Shown piece after piece: positions 35,289 through 48,000 of a stretch of 64,000 nucleotides of DNA. The stretch is from Paraphysomonas bandaiensis. Lineage: Eukaryota; Protista; Chrysophyceae. Where the stretch lies: contig CBFFRP010000373.1 of the NCBI GenBank assembly GCA_965644295.1, positions 124,001 to 188,000 on the forward strand, read 5' to 3'. The number at the start of each line of letters is the position of its first letter. Positions within the stretch are counted from its first letter, which is position 1. The position numbers were made by a program, and so were the translations under genes. The notes beneath the pieces were generated by a model, which saw nothing but the letters and a program-made list of their open reading frames with translations, ran no database searches and was not told the origin of the DNA.

Positions 35289-35822
35289 TCATGCCATATT
35301 GCTATCATGTAGTGAGACATCCATATCTCCGTCATTATTGGGGTTGCCAATAACAGCAACTGCGCTAGATTTACTCTCAGATTTCTTAAAATAATAAGGG
35401 AGTAGAAGTAGTACAACAGACACTTCACATATTATTCTCAAGACAATTAGCTCGGCAGCACTAAATATGGGCACAAATACAAGCACCGCAATAATTGCTC
35501 CTGGTTGCCCAGATGAGAGGCCACCAATCAATAGAACCAGGTTAAAAAGACCAATAACCCACATACCAATCCAATACAAGTATCTAAACTATTAGTTACT
35601 GCATTCATCATATGAAATATATAGAACAGCTGCACTCACCTCACCAGTCCAACCCCTTGCCAGTTAACAAAACTAAAGAGCTGAAGAAAACTTGTGTCTT
35701 GACTGCATGAACATCACACGTGATGATTTATAATATAGAAGTATAGATCAATACCGAGTGATTGGTTCATGGCCGACCATGACTTCAGGTAGAGATGAGT
35801 AGAAACGTCTGCTAGTGTGCAT
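35289..35822 (-). CDS. DUF4282-like small membrane protein (3 exons)
   Basis: Spliced product ...QLFSFVNWQGVGLV|RYLYWIGMWVIGLFNLV...LIVLRIICEVSVVLLL; the LYW.G and R...E pattern resembles DUF4282. Start codon uncertain (35822 or 35780). Confidence 0.65.
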
Positions 35823-37009
35823 TATAGAGGGGAGAATAGAGTGCACGTATACTATAGGAGGGTATGTTAATGGTAGTGGTAATAATGGGCTATAGAGATG
35901 AGTAAAGAGCTGTGAATACAGCTGAAGAGACTTGCTATAGTGCAAAGGCTCAATAATGAGTGTATAGAGGAGCTAACCATAGCAGCATATACTCGTACGT
36001 ACATACATATGCTACGAATTGATATGTACAGCAGTACCGAGTATGTCCACTATTTTGAGATCAAATATTGAAGTAACTTTGAATTTTTTGGACACACTGC
36101 TGCTCGTGATGTTCGATGGAATTGAGATTTAGGAATACATAAAAAACGGCACTTTTTAGAAAATTATAAAGGAGTTTTTTGTCTGTATTTGGCATACTAT
36201 ACCGGTATACCGTATGTACTCTATATCCTACTCGCTCTGTCATATGTGCAGGCAGGATAAGATGTTAGATACATGTGTAGATAGCCATGGATATCATGGT
36301 AGAGGGATGGGTGTATCCTCTCATGGGATGCCCATATGTGTAGATATTGTATAATAGATTGTCATGGAGTTTATCACCTGGGAGTTATTACAATGTATTT
36401 GTACACTGCGACTTATATATGAAACATCTAATGAAAGTTATCGAAAATGTTACACGAATGACATGGTTGCTGAACGCAATGCCAGAGTCATACAAACACA
36501 ACAATATAACAATGTGGTTGTGACTATGTAAGTACTCAGGCAGATTGAAGGGTCTGAAGACGAGGATCATACTTTAAAGAATAATTAATTAGAAAGTTTA
36601 AACTGATGATGTCTATGGTGGAGATGACGATAGCGGAGAATAGGAGTGCACTGAGAAGAATACATCACTAAAATCAAAACCACGCATCGTACATTAATCT
36701 CATAAATGTTTGCAATACTTTGTCATACTATTAAATATAATTGCACTTGTAAAATTACATAGTATAAAATTCATTTCAAATTGATGATTGCTATTACCTT
36801 ATACTGTAACGTATCAAGGATTTAGTCATATGTCGCGTCAGAAACTATGGTTAGGTGTCTTGCGCTTATGTCATACATAACTATCTGTTCGAGCCAGGTG
36901 CCTTATCAACTTGAAGTTGTGTACTACTATGTACATAATAAGATATACTATACATACACATACACAATCTGTCTATGTCAACCCAATTAAGCTTCCACTT
37001 AGTGGGGAA

Positions 37010-37860
37010 CAGGGCTGCGTATCAATTGATTTTCAATTAAATGCATTAATTGAAATTGGGACATCTATTGAACTACAACCAACTCCTACGTGCGTACTTG
37101 AAGTTTGGTAAAGCTAATCGCTAGTAGTTATCCTGTATTCTATGTAGCAATGAAATACAGAATATACATGACTACACTATAGGAGTAGCTATTACAAGTA
37201 TACAAAGAAACTGAAAGAATAGTAGCTGATAAAGATACGATTTGTAGAACAGAATGTTGATGTTGGTGAATGACGTGGTTCCTAACACACAGTGCTACAA
37301 CATCATAACTTTACTATATCTCCTATAATATAAATCAGTCAATATTGCACTAACTAATTGACTCCTGCTTGCTTCAATTAATTTTATTAAAATACCACCT
37401 TTTTATACTGAAAAGTTAATAAAAACGGCATTTTTGTTGCGAAAATCCAATTTTTACGATAAAAATTGAAGATTGATAAAATACTATATTATCCATAAGA
37501 TAATCCCACGTAAATATGATCGATAAACTGATACCTGAAGTCAATGCACGACTGTTCTTTGAGAAAATAAATGATAATAACGAAAGGTTGCAATGCATTT
37601 CGGTTTGATAGTTTTGATGGGTGAATGTGCAGCAAGCAACATTGAAGTAAAACAAGTTTTGCTCGTTAAGAATGAATAAGATGATGACAGCGAGAGTCTA
37701 GTTCAGAATGACGGCGCAGCGCAACGTTAGATTGACGGTAGCAGGCAACGGAAGCGAGCACGTCTTAATCAGCAGCACAAAGAACTTGTATGCCACAACC
37801 AATAGGGTTGAAAGGTTGTGTAGTAGAACTAAGATTGTTATGACTGATATGACTAATAGA
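37010..37860 (+). mobile_element. Degenerate hAT element, same family as 1520-2573
   Basis: Starts CAGGGCTGCGT; shares AATTGACTCCwGCTTGCTTCAATTAATT and GAATGACGrCGCAGCGCAACGTT; encodes YATTNRVERLCSRTKIVMTD. Confidence 0.72.
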
Positions 37861-38086
37861 AATTGTGCTGATTAGTTATGGGTAGAGGTCTAACTAGTAG
37901 TTCTAGCATTCAACTGGCCACTATATCGGAACAAGTTCTTAACGCCTATTGCTAAATAAAAAGACCTTCAATATGCTGCCTACGTGCTCGTATTTGAAAG
38001 CCTCTACTAATTGCTTGATTTATCAACCACTGCTACATCAAGAGCAATGAAAAGCACTAATATATAATTGGCAGTTAATTATAACA

Positions 38087-38596
38087 TCAGAGAGCAACTT
38101 TCTCTAAAGTCTCGATTTCAGCCAAAATTTCGCTCTTTCGGGCAAGTTTTGATGTTACTTCACTATTTTCAGTCACAGTACCACTATCAACCTTAGCTTG
38201 AAGTTCATCTATCTCTCTTAGCTTCTTGCGTAGCTTTCGTATTTTCTTCCCTACATCCTCTGGGGTATCATCACTAATAGTAGCTTTCGCCATGGCTTCA
38301 ACAACGTTGCTGTCGTCCTTTTTCTCGTCAACTTGTCCCTCCCCACTTTGACCTTTACCTTTCTTTCTAGACCTTTTGTTGGTAGGCTTTGCGTTATTAT
38401 TCTCAACTTTCTTGGGAGCTAACCCGGGTATAGTCTTGGTTCCTGCTTTCATTCTGGAGGCAGTTGTTTGAAATGCCCCAATCTCATCCTGAGGTATGTA
38501 CCCGGCTTTAACCTTTCTCTCTTTTCTCCATGTGCCATCTGGACGTCGAGTTGCCGGTAATATAACGTACCCGCTACCAGCTTCAGTTTCTTCCAT
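38087..38596 (-). CDS. PYM1: Partner of Y14 and Mago (EJC recycling factor)
   Basis: Mago-binding motif ATRRPDGTWRKERKVKAGYIPQDE and C-terminal KKIRKLRKKLREIDEL. Confidence 0.93.
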   Translation of the reverse strand: MEETEAGSGYVILPATRRPDGTWRKERKVKAGYIPQDEIGAFQTTASRMKAGTKTIPGLAPKKVENNNAKPTNKRSRKKGKGQSGEGQVDEKKDDSNVVEAMAKATISDDTPEDVGKKIRKLRKKLREIDELQAKVDSGTVTENSEVTSKLARKSEILAEIETLEKVAL

Positions 38597-38943
38597 AATA
38601 GCTCAAGAACACAACAACTTAACTGAGTAATGGCTGATATGTTTCAACAGCTCTACATACATATACAAGCAAGTAGAGTACATATAGCAGAGAGACAGAC
38701 AGAGATGCATAGACATGTACACATATGACAAGTAAAACAGTACCTAAATATTCCGATATTTATAAAAAATTGCATTTTTTTGGACATAAAAATCAGGTAA
38801 TAAAATCCAACTCCATTTTCCATTTTGTTGCTTAGCACTGCAACGTCTAACGTGAGTGTGTACATTGAATGAATTCCATCATGCAAGTAGATCTCTGTTG
38901 CATGCCATGGACATGATTTATCCTCATATCACCTACTAATGCA

Positions 38944-41635
38944 ATGAAATTAGATAGATACCTTCTAGCTTTAGTGTTGTTGTTGTTAACATCAATATAC
39001 AGTGCACAGGCACTGAACATAGCACTACACGCCCAAGTGTCTCCGGCTAGTAAAATTGTGGGCTCTGTAATCACCACTGATGGTATGAGTATATTACTAT
39101 TTCCTTTTTTATAGAGTTACAAAGATTTATATGACAGGCATACGGACTGCGTTAGAGAGGAGAAAAGAAGTGTCTCAGGTCTCCACGTTTTATGCCTATG
39201 AATATGAGGGCTTCTTTAACCACACATGGGATCTTATCATAATTGAGGGATGGTTCACTCTAGTTGATGACTTTATCCATATTGCTCGATCTCATAATCC
39301 AAGTATTCTTATATTTTATTACTGTCTTGATCCGGAGTATCCAGGAATGGACACTGTTACAAATCTAGATGTTGATGCATACATGACTAACTCTAAAATC
39401 GTATTGACGAAGTTACAACGTGTGGCACCTGCACTATATCTACCTCTGGCAGCTGATATCGATGCAATGAAACCACAGCAAAATATCAGCAGGGAGTATG
39501 CAGCAGTTTATGTAGGTGAGTGTGAAGTCAGGACACTAAAAAGTGTTTGTACGTAATATTGATTGCTAGGTGCTGGAGGGCACATGTTGGAAGTGAAGCC
39601 TTTACTTGCAGATATGCTGGAGCGAGCGGTATCCCATGGCTTGTTGTTGTACGGCTCCCATTGGGATGACATGCAATCAGCAGCCATTAAACATGCATGG
39701 CAAGGAAAACTCACCCGAGGGGGGATTGCGACGGCATATGCTCGTGCCCATGCTGTGCTAGCGTGCACAATAGATTCCCAGAGAGAGGCCCAAATGGTTA
39801 ACAATAGAGTATTTGAGGCCCTTGCTTGCGGAGCGGTTGTGATATCAGACAACATTGATGCAGTGAAGGGATTATTTGGCGAAGACGTTGTGCTCTTTGC
39901 TCAGAGTGGTGACGATGTGGACAGACACCTTAGAGATATTCTAGCTGCCAACGTCAACGGTTCATCATACTATGACAGCATGAGAGAAAGAGCAAGATAT
40001 GTTATCGTGAACCGGCACACGTGGGATCACAGAGTAGTGGAGATACTTGACTTTTATTATAGTCTCGTGAGTAAACGTAGTCCTCTGGTTGTTGGCTCTG
40101 GTCGCCTGCGACATGCATCACCAAAAATGCTATGGATTGTAAGCGACAACCTGGTATACCATCTTGACTATGTACATGTGGTGATACCCAGTAGGGATAG
40201 AGCTATTAGTGGTATATACGATATTCATGAATACACTATTTCTAGCCTGAAAGAATCCCTGGTGATTGACCCAGATATGCTACTTGGCTTCGATGTGATT
40301 GCCACAGTATTTTCCCCATATGATGACTTACATCGACTAGTTATGGACCTAAAACACGCTTCAGTTATATCGGGTGGCCAGGTACAGGGGAGGAACAAAC
40401 TCAAGAAATGGCTGGGATATGTTTTTGGGTTTCCAAGTGCTAAAGTTTCTGATATACCCGAGTGGTACGAAAGTGCTTCGAATATATTTGACGTTATATT
40501 GTATCGTGATATCTACGAACGAGATGCGCTTATAAATATTGAGAGTATATTAATTCAGGAAAAGAATAGGAATGAATGCACTGCGGATGATCAGTGTGGT
40601 GGGAGTAGAAAGAAAAATAGCTTAGCAATTCACAGAGACCTGAGATGGCAACACTGTTTCGGTACACCGTCTAACACCAAAGACATGGATGTCGTTGAAA
40701 ATGCCCTAAATGTTGTAGTTTGTATTAACTCTGCTATGGATATGTGCACTCGCAACACAAGAGAGAAGGTTGTTAAAGAAAATGATGCCTTGCTGCTTCT
40801 GATGGGGGGGGAATTCAGTGACTGGTTGGTGTACAGCCGAGTTACTGTTACTGGATCACTTGAGAGTATATTTATCTCTGGCGATAACATGAGTAATGTA
40901 GTTCATATAGGACCTGGCCGAGTAGGTAGGGCAAACGAAATATTTTCCCGTGCTAATAAAGTTTATCTCATGTACTCTGATGATAACGCTGATGCTAATG
41001 TGCTGTGGCCCTTTGTGTATGCTGCTGTCTCTGGAAAGCAAATCCACATGCTGGTGACTCCTGGACCCCATGTATCGAGTTTGCTGTTAGGAAATAGTGA
41101 CTGCACCGCATGGACATCTCAGTACCTGAATGGTGCATGGCAAACAGCTTTAAAGCGACTACATGGCCTGGCTACAGCTTCCAGTTCAGTTGTTGCTCAA
41201 TCCAACATTCCTAATATGTCGACTCTATTTTTGGGCCCAAATCATCTATCAGAAGAAGTTTTGATAATCCCAGATACGCAATTCTTCGTTCCAGGAAGGG
41301 ATGGATCAATTTGTCTCCAACAAGATGACACTCCGCTGATGTGTCTCTTGCGTCCTGGCAGTGTCTTCCGCTTGGTATTTACATTTAGAAATATAAGTCA
41401 AGCCGCCGAAGTAAAAAGGAACGACAGAATAACGTGTGAAGAGAAGCAAGAGTGCAAGAGTACAATGTTATCGTTATTCCTTCGTGGAAATATGTTTGCT
41501 GATACTGTATATACTTCAAGGCCTCTCTTATTTAGCATATGCGACTGTTTAGGCCGGAAAGATCTTCATGTGGACAGTTCATATAGTAGAGATGTTAGTT
41601 ATCAAGACACGATTACAGTTGATATTGCATTGTAA
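38944..41635 (+). CDS. Signal-peptide-bearing GT-B glycosyltransferase, CgeB/Glyco_trans_1_2-like (3 exons)
   Basis: MKLDRYLLALVLLLLTSIYSAQA signal peptide; YLPLAAD, VNNRVFEALACGAVVISD and RHTWDHRV motifs; two GT-AG introns; ~500-aa uncharacterised C-terminus. Confidence 0.8.
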
Positions 41636-43677
41636 TATTTGTCTATTTAATTTTTGTCCTTATATTGTCGCTCTCAGAATACATCCTGAGTGTATTTTGC
41701 AGTACTTATCTAAATATACCCACTCCCTAACCCACACCGATGAAATTGCATATCGCAAGCTAATATAAAATAAAAATTTTAAGCCACACCTTGACCGTGT
41801 GTGGCTGGATGATCTTTATCTTTACACATTTCTTGCATGACCAATATATTTAATATGGTCATACTAGCGGCTACAAGCAGTGAGACCATATTAAGAACGT
41901 GGAATAAATTCTTCACAGATGGAACAAACTAAGTTGTGGCATAATTCTTCAATTTTATAAAATCTTTCTACTGTTTATATATTGCTATCGTCTTTTTCAT
42001 AATCTCTCATCTAGAGTATTAAATATTATGTATAGACTTTAGGCATGACATTTTAGTCTTGATGTTTATCGTCATTAAGTGTATATTTGTATTAACAATT
42101 CTACATGACGTCTTGTATTCCAACAGCTTACGTGTAGCGTGTAGAGGGGGGTAAATCCAACAGTCAACGCCTGCTACACACTACATACGTGGGAAATACC
42201 TCGTCTATTGTGTGAAGGAAGGGGATCACTAATTAAAATTCGCTAAAATTTACAATCTTACTTAATTTTTTGTCTTTCCGTTCAGTGTACATCAATGCTT
42301 GTTGCTTTTTAGGGCTTGTCTAAAATATCTCGACAATGTTAGCATTATTGCCACCAATGATTCCTGATTACAAACCAAGTTTAATGAAAGACTATTGCTG
42401 TTCTGTATAAGATGATTTTTACGTCACAACTATGCAAAGAATAAAACTTATATTAGACATGATAACCCTATATGCTGACTTTTGAAGTAGATACTTCATT
42501 ACTATATATAGAAGGACTAATACCATTGACTACACACAAACACCTTAAGGCCCAATGACAAAAGGCGAAACATCATCTCGTGGAGATACGTTTCCATCTA
42601 CTTTTTGGGTTTTTTTCTATGGACAATATATTATGCTCACTTCCTACTGACGACTAAAGCCACTATAAAATTTATACTGCACAATACAGAAAAGCAATTT
42701 TTAGAAGCTCTCATCTCTGTGTCGGCTAATAGTGGTGATCTGCCGATCAAAGCACGTTACCTCCTGCGACACTTGACAAAAGCTCCAAATCGTGCATAGT
42801 AGAGTCATCATCTACGTAACTACCATTTCTAATTTCCGTCTTTACTGCCACTTTCAGATATTCAACCTTAGAAATCATTTATATCGCACTGTCAGTTGCT
42901 GCCATATATCGACCGTTTCTTATGATAGTTTTAATACGCCTTCCATCTTCATAGAATCAATGTGAGTAAATATTATAGTGTCGGTAGAGAGACATACATA
43001 CGATAATGTTACACTAGAAACGACTGTTGTTTAGATAACCCCAGTCAGAGAGCAAGGGAGAGAATATTGGATATCTTTTAGGGTATGATTGTGTAATGAG
43101 GTCAGTAATGTCAAGAATTAATATCGGTGGAAGTTGCATATACCATACATTTACAGTTATGGATGTGCGTTGTGGAAAAGCAACTCATCATGATTTTGTC
43201 CTAGTTTTGTACAATATCAGAGAAATACAAATACGTATTCCATTATACGGATAGAGTATTTGCATAATAATAATGACGCAAATACACCTCCAAGTATTGG
43301 AAATACGATGGCATACTAGTATACATACTGTATCTATACATATGTAGATATATAAGTAAACGGTCGTCGTGTCTCATGATGGGCGAAGAAACAGATGTTT
43401 TCCACATACATTTTCTAAAATATTCTACCAATGAAATATCAGTATTTTAGATACACGTGATATGATTAGTCAATCAAGATATATATTAGTCTATATCAGC
43501 AGCAGTACACTTCGCCAATAGGATCTTGAAGGGTCGTCTTGAAGCAGTGTGGTTCAGAGGCATGCAAAAAAGACATAGAGAGAGTCGTGTGTAATGCTTT
43601 GTATTTATAAGTGTTACATATCAAATCCAAAATTTTGATCGGATATATATAACCTTATTCGGACACCGCAAGATACT

Positions 43678-44084
43678 ATGTCAGGCGGCACCGAGGACTC
43701 TAAGCCCACCACTGAGTTGAGTGGGGATTTTACTGATAAGACATTGAACTGCAAGGTGAGTGAATATGTCTCCATTGATGGGAGTAAATTGACATGAAGT
43801 ATTCATAGGACTGCGGAGCTGATTGGGTATTCAGCGCAGGTGAGCAGGAGTTTTACCGCGAGAAGGCATTTGAGAATGAACCGACTCGCTGCAAAGAGTG
43901 CCGTAAGGCCAAGAAAATGGCTCGTAACCGCCGTATGAAAGGTAGACGTCAGAAGAAAACTGGACCTGGCGGAAACGCGTGCTACGCTTTTCAGAAAGGC
44001 GAGTGCACTCGTGGTGATAGCTGCAGGTTTGCCCATGAGTTGGTGAGCGACGCTAAGGAGGATGGAAATGGGAATGTTGAGTAA
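43678..44084 (+). CDS. 117-aa zinc-ribbon (zf-trcl-like) plus CCCH zinc-finger protein (2 exons; intron 43756-43808)
   Basis: MSGGTEDSKPTTELSGDFTDKTLNCK|DCGADWVFSAGEQEFYREKAFENEPTRCKECRKAKK...CYAFQKGECTRGDSCRFAH; not in the ORF track. Confidence 0.88.
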
Positions 44085-44764
44085 ATCAGCCGAGTCGTTC
44101 CATGTGTTTGGTTCGTGAGAATCGTAGAGCGTAAGAGTGCAGCGTAGTTTTATTTGTATTAGCGGAACAATACTACGCGCTACGTTCCATTTAATATGGT
44201 TTTCGTGTTGCGCGAAATTATTAACGTATTATTATGTCATTTTAGTCTGCGTTTAACCCACAATTCTGCCTGCGAAATAGCAACCTCTTGTATCATCAAC
44301 ATAAACCAGAAGGCCAGATTGCCACCATTTTTCTACCAAACTCAACACACAGAATTTCTCGATATGATCTCGGTCGTAGCAGTACGTAAATTCGTAGTGC
44401 AGTACTTGTGTTGACCACTGGAACAAAGCAAAGTGCACTAAATTATTGGCTTGTGGCAGCCAGACCAGCCCTTAACATAATACTAAACACTACGCATACA
44501 CTGCCAGTGAGGGGTATACATTACACAATGCCCATGACATCATTTTTGTATAGTGGGAAGGTCATATAGCATGTACACTATATATGCAATAATTGTCAAT
44601 TAATAGGTATTAAATATGATAATCTATATTATTATTGGTAATGTTGCCACTTAATAGCTAGCTTAATTATATAGCATCTTAAGATATATAGCTACTGATA
44701 ATAGGTACACGCGTACAAACCCAATATCTGTTATCATAGAAGCTTGTGGATGGACGTATGTGCG

Positions 44765-45083
44765 TGTTGAGTTCTGCTATATGAGAGCAATTGAAAGCTG
44801 TAGTTATAAGGTATTTAAATTACTGTATTATACAGTTGTAGTCTTGTTAATCGTATTGTGAGAATGAATGACGATAAGCACATAGCGGTAAAACGGAATA
44901 TTGTGACGATGCAAGTTGTAGTGACGATGTAAGATCGTCGTACGAGAAATGAGTGGTAGTGGAGACAACATGATATTGATGAATGATAAGAGACATTGAT
45001 TATAATTTATAATTCTCAGCTTTGAGTATAAGTTACCTTCTGTTGTTAAGTTAATACTTCTCATATAATGTCAAACCTTGACA
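44765..45083 (+). repeat. 5' LTR of copia B
   Basis: TGTTGAGTTC...CCTTGACA. Confidence 0.95.
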
Positions 45084-48000
45084 TGGTAGCAGACGGTAGT
45101 TCCGCAAGTAGTTCGGAATGGAAACACCTTCCGAAGTTCGATCAGTTCGGTGTTGTGAACTGGACGAAGCGATTGAGAGTTTGGCTTATGAGAAAGAATC
45201 GGAACCATCTTGGGTTGGAAGAGCGACCGCATCGACCTGCTGACAATGCGTCCACAGCTGTGAAAAACAAGTATAAGGAAGACCTCGACAAGTGGTTGGA
45301 GAGGAAAGACACCTGCATCAGTTCCATCTTCGAAGCTGTTCAACCTGTGGCGGAGGCGCTTGAGATTGTTGATCAATACTTCCGAGAGAAGGACATGCTT
45401 CCACCTGATGATCCCGATAAGGAGATGTTAGCAAGTGAATTGGTAAATAAATTGGTTATTAGATTTCGTGGGGAAACCCAGTACGAATTGGTGGAACTGA
45501 ATAAACAGTTTGCGTCATTTAGAATTCTACAGGGGGAGCTGGTGTGTACAGCCATTGATCGACTGAACGGAATTGTCCAAAAAATGACGGAACTTGGTGA
45601 GCCGCCAACTGACGTATCCAAAAAAACGAAGCTGCAGACTGCGCTGGAAACGAGGAAGGATCTGGAGCAGCTGTACACAAACATCTACCTGAAAGGTGAT
45701 ATTTCATTTAATGAGATGATCACCATTTGTAGGCGCTTCGACCAGGCAAAGGGTCTACCACAGGAGTCTTCTGCACCGGAAGTACATTGGAATTCTTCTG
45801 ATCAAGAGGTAACATGCTCATACTCTAAATGTGGAAAACGAGGTCACACGCAGAAGAACTGCTGGATGAAGAAGAAAGATCTGAAGATCTCCCAAATGAA
45901 GCGCAATGGTAAAAACAAGCATCGAAGAGAGCAATCAGAATCCAAAAGAAGTAAGTCAAAAAATGGCGCTGATGATGATGGATGCTTTGTGTGTGGCGTA
46001 TCTGGACATCGAGCTCATGAATGCAGACATCGAGCTCAAGTTCGAAAAACAAGGAAAGCGGAGGATTCTGTTAACAAAAAACGACATTTTTCCGAAAAAA
46101 ACGGTACGATGGAAAGGCCCATCAAAAAGAGCTCGGACTGGAATCGTTATCTTCAAAGAGACGAGCAAGAGGATGATTCTGTGCACATGTTGTTATATGA
46201 TGAATCGAGTAACTTAGAAGTGAATGTTGCAGATGAGGTGCTGCATACTTCTGAAGACATTGTATTTCTAGACAGCTGCGCGTCGAAACAACTCTTCATC
46301 ATCAAGAACAGTGATATTCTACAGACATTTGTTGCAGACGAAGGAGCCATTCAGACAACCAAAGCGGGATCCAGCTTACGATATACTGGCTCAGGCAACT
46401 ATGGTGACTGGACAAAATTAAAGGTATGCCCCGACTCAGTCAAGAATATTTGTTCGGGAGGGATGCTTCGTACGCTTGGATATGGACTTCAGCTGCTAGA
46501 GACCCCAAAAATAGTGCGATTGGATAATGCAGAAGTTGTTCTTGAAGCTAGGTATTCAGATAATGGAATGCCCTTCGTTGATCTAAAGGACTTGTTGGAG
46601 TTACCTGACTTGACGAGTTTAGCTGCAGAAGTACATCTATCGGATAAAACAAATGAAGACCCTCTGGAATTGCTTCACAAACGATGCGGGCATGTCAGCA
46701 AGCGCAAGCTATTAGAAGCTTTCAAACATCGGTTGTTCACAGGGAGTGGCCTTAACAGATCTCATCTGAGTAAGAAGAGTCTTCAGAAAACCAAGGGTAT
46801 CTGCAAAGCCTGTGCAAAGTCGAAGATTACCAGAATCTCGTTTCCTGGGAAGAGTGATGAAGAGCTACAGGCGACAAGGTTTCTGGAAAAAGTAACTGTC
46901 GATATAGGAGTATATTTCAATTGTCCATCTCGACAGGGATACCGGTATGTATTAGCGTTGACAGATGTGGCCACCAAGGAATGCTGGGAGTTTCCGTTGA
47001 AAACTCGGACCGCAAGTGAGGTGTTGGAGCACATTAGGAATTGGGTCGAGGTTCTTCTTCCCAAGTATCCAGGAGTTCATCGACTATCTGTGTATCATGC
47101 CGATGGGGGAGCCGAACTCATTGATAAGTCTATTCAGGAGTATCTTCACAGCAAGTTTGGCACCTCAATTACGTGGAGCTCTACGGACTCACCTGAGATG
47201 AATGGCGTGTCTGAGAGACGTTTTCGAACCGCGGGAGAGATGACTCTTGCAATGCTGTCAGATGCTGGATTCCCAGTTCCATTCTGGTGGGATGCCTACG
47301 TATATGCATCTGAAATTATTCGCATGATGCCCACTCGGACCTACCGCGGATGGATGTCTCCCATGGAGTGTGTACCTGGAGGTTCTGTTCCGGATTTATC
47401 CAGTTTACGTCGATGGGGGTGTAAAGCTTATGTGAAGACTCCCAGGGGTGATCGTCGAAAAAATTGGCAAGGCAAATCGCAGATTGGATATTTTTTAGGT
47501 CTCTCCAAAAAGAAGAGGGGATACAGAATATGGCTAGGAGAGTCCGAAGTTGTGTCAATACATGTGTTATTCGACGAAAGCATTCCCCCAGAGAGAAGGA
47601 GTATTTCGAGGAGCTGGAGGCTGCGTTAGTTAAACATGATCCCCAGGCTCGACAGGTTGAAGAGTTCAACCATTTGATTGGATCTTACCATACCGATGAG
47701 GGTTTCCTGTTTAGGACTACGAGAGTCGTGGTTCGGAAAGGTTTGATCGTGGCTTATAGAGCCTTAGTAACTGCTGGTAGAGAGCAGTTGGAGGAGAAGA
47801 CTCCGATACATATAGCTGATGTAGTGAAACTAACTCAGTCGTATAATTTGCGCAGGTGGCACGAAAATCCTGCGACCCGTGACGATGGGGCAGGTGGTGA
47901 GGAGCGATCGATGCCGGCTGGGGGTGGGACACCCAAACAGTCTACGGCAGATGACTCATCAGGGAGTGAGCAGACTCCATGTGCCTTACCCGAGAGAAGC

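Noticed and set aside
41780-41895. Two hairpins suggesting an H/ACA snoRNA
   Set aside because: No convincingly placed H or ACA boxes, and the spacing does not fit.
42500-43150. Possible minus-strand gene remnant with intron-like signals
   Set aside because: No sustained reading frame or recognisable motif.
43803-44036. 77-aa minus-strand ORF
   Set aside because: Antisense shadow of the spliced zinc-finger gene.
44828-45064. Identical 78-aa antisense ORFs at 44828 and 50040
   Set aside because: A by-product of LTR duplication; no protein-like features.
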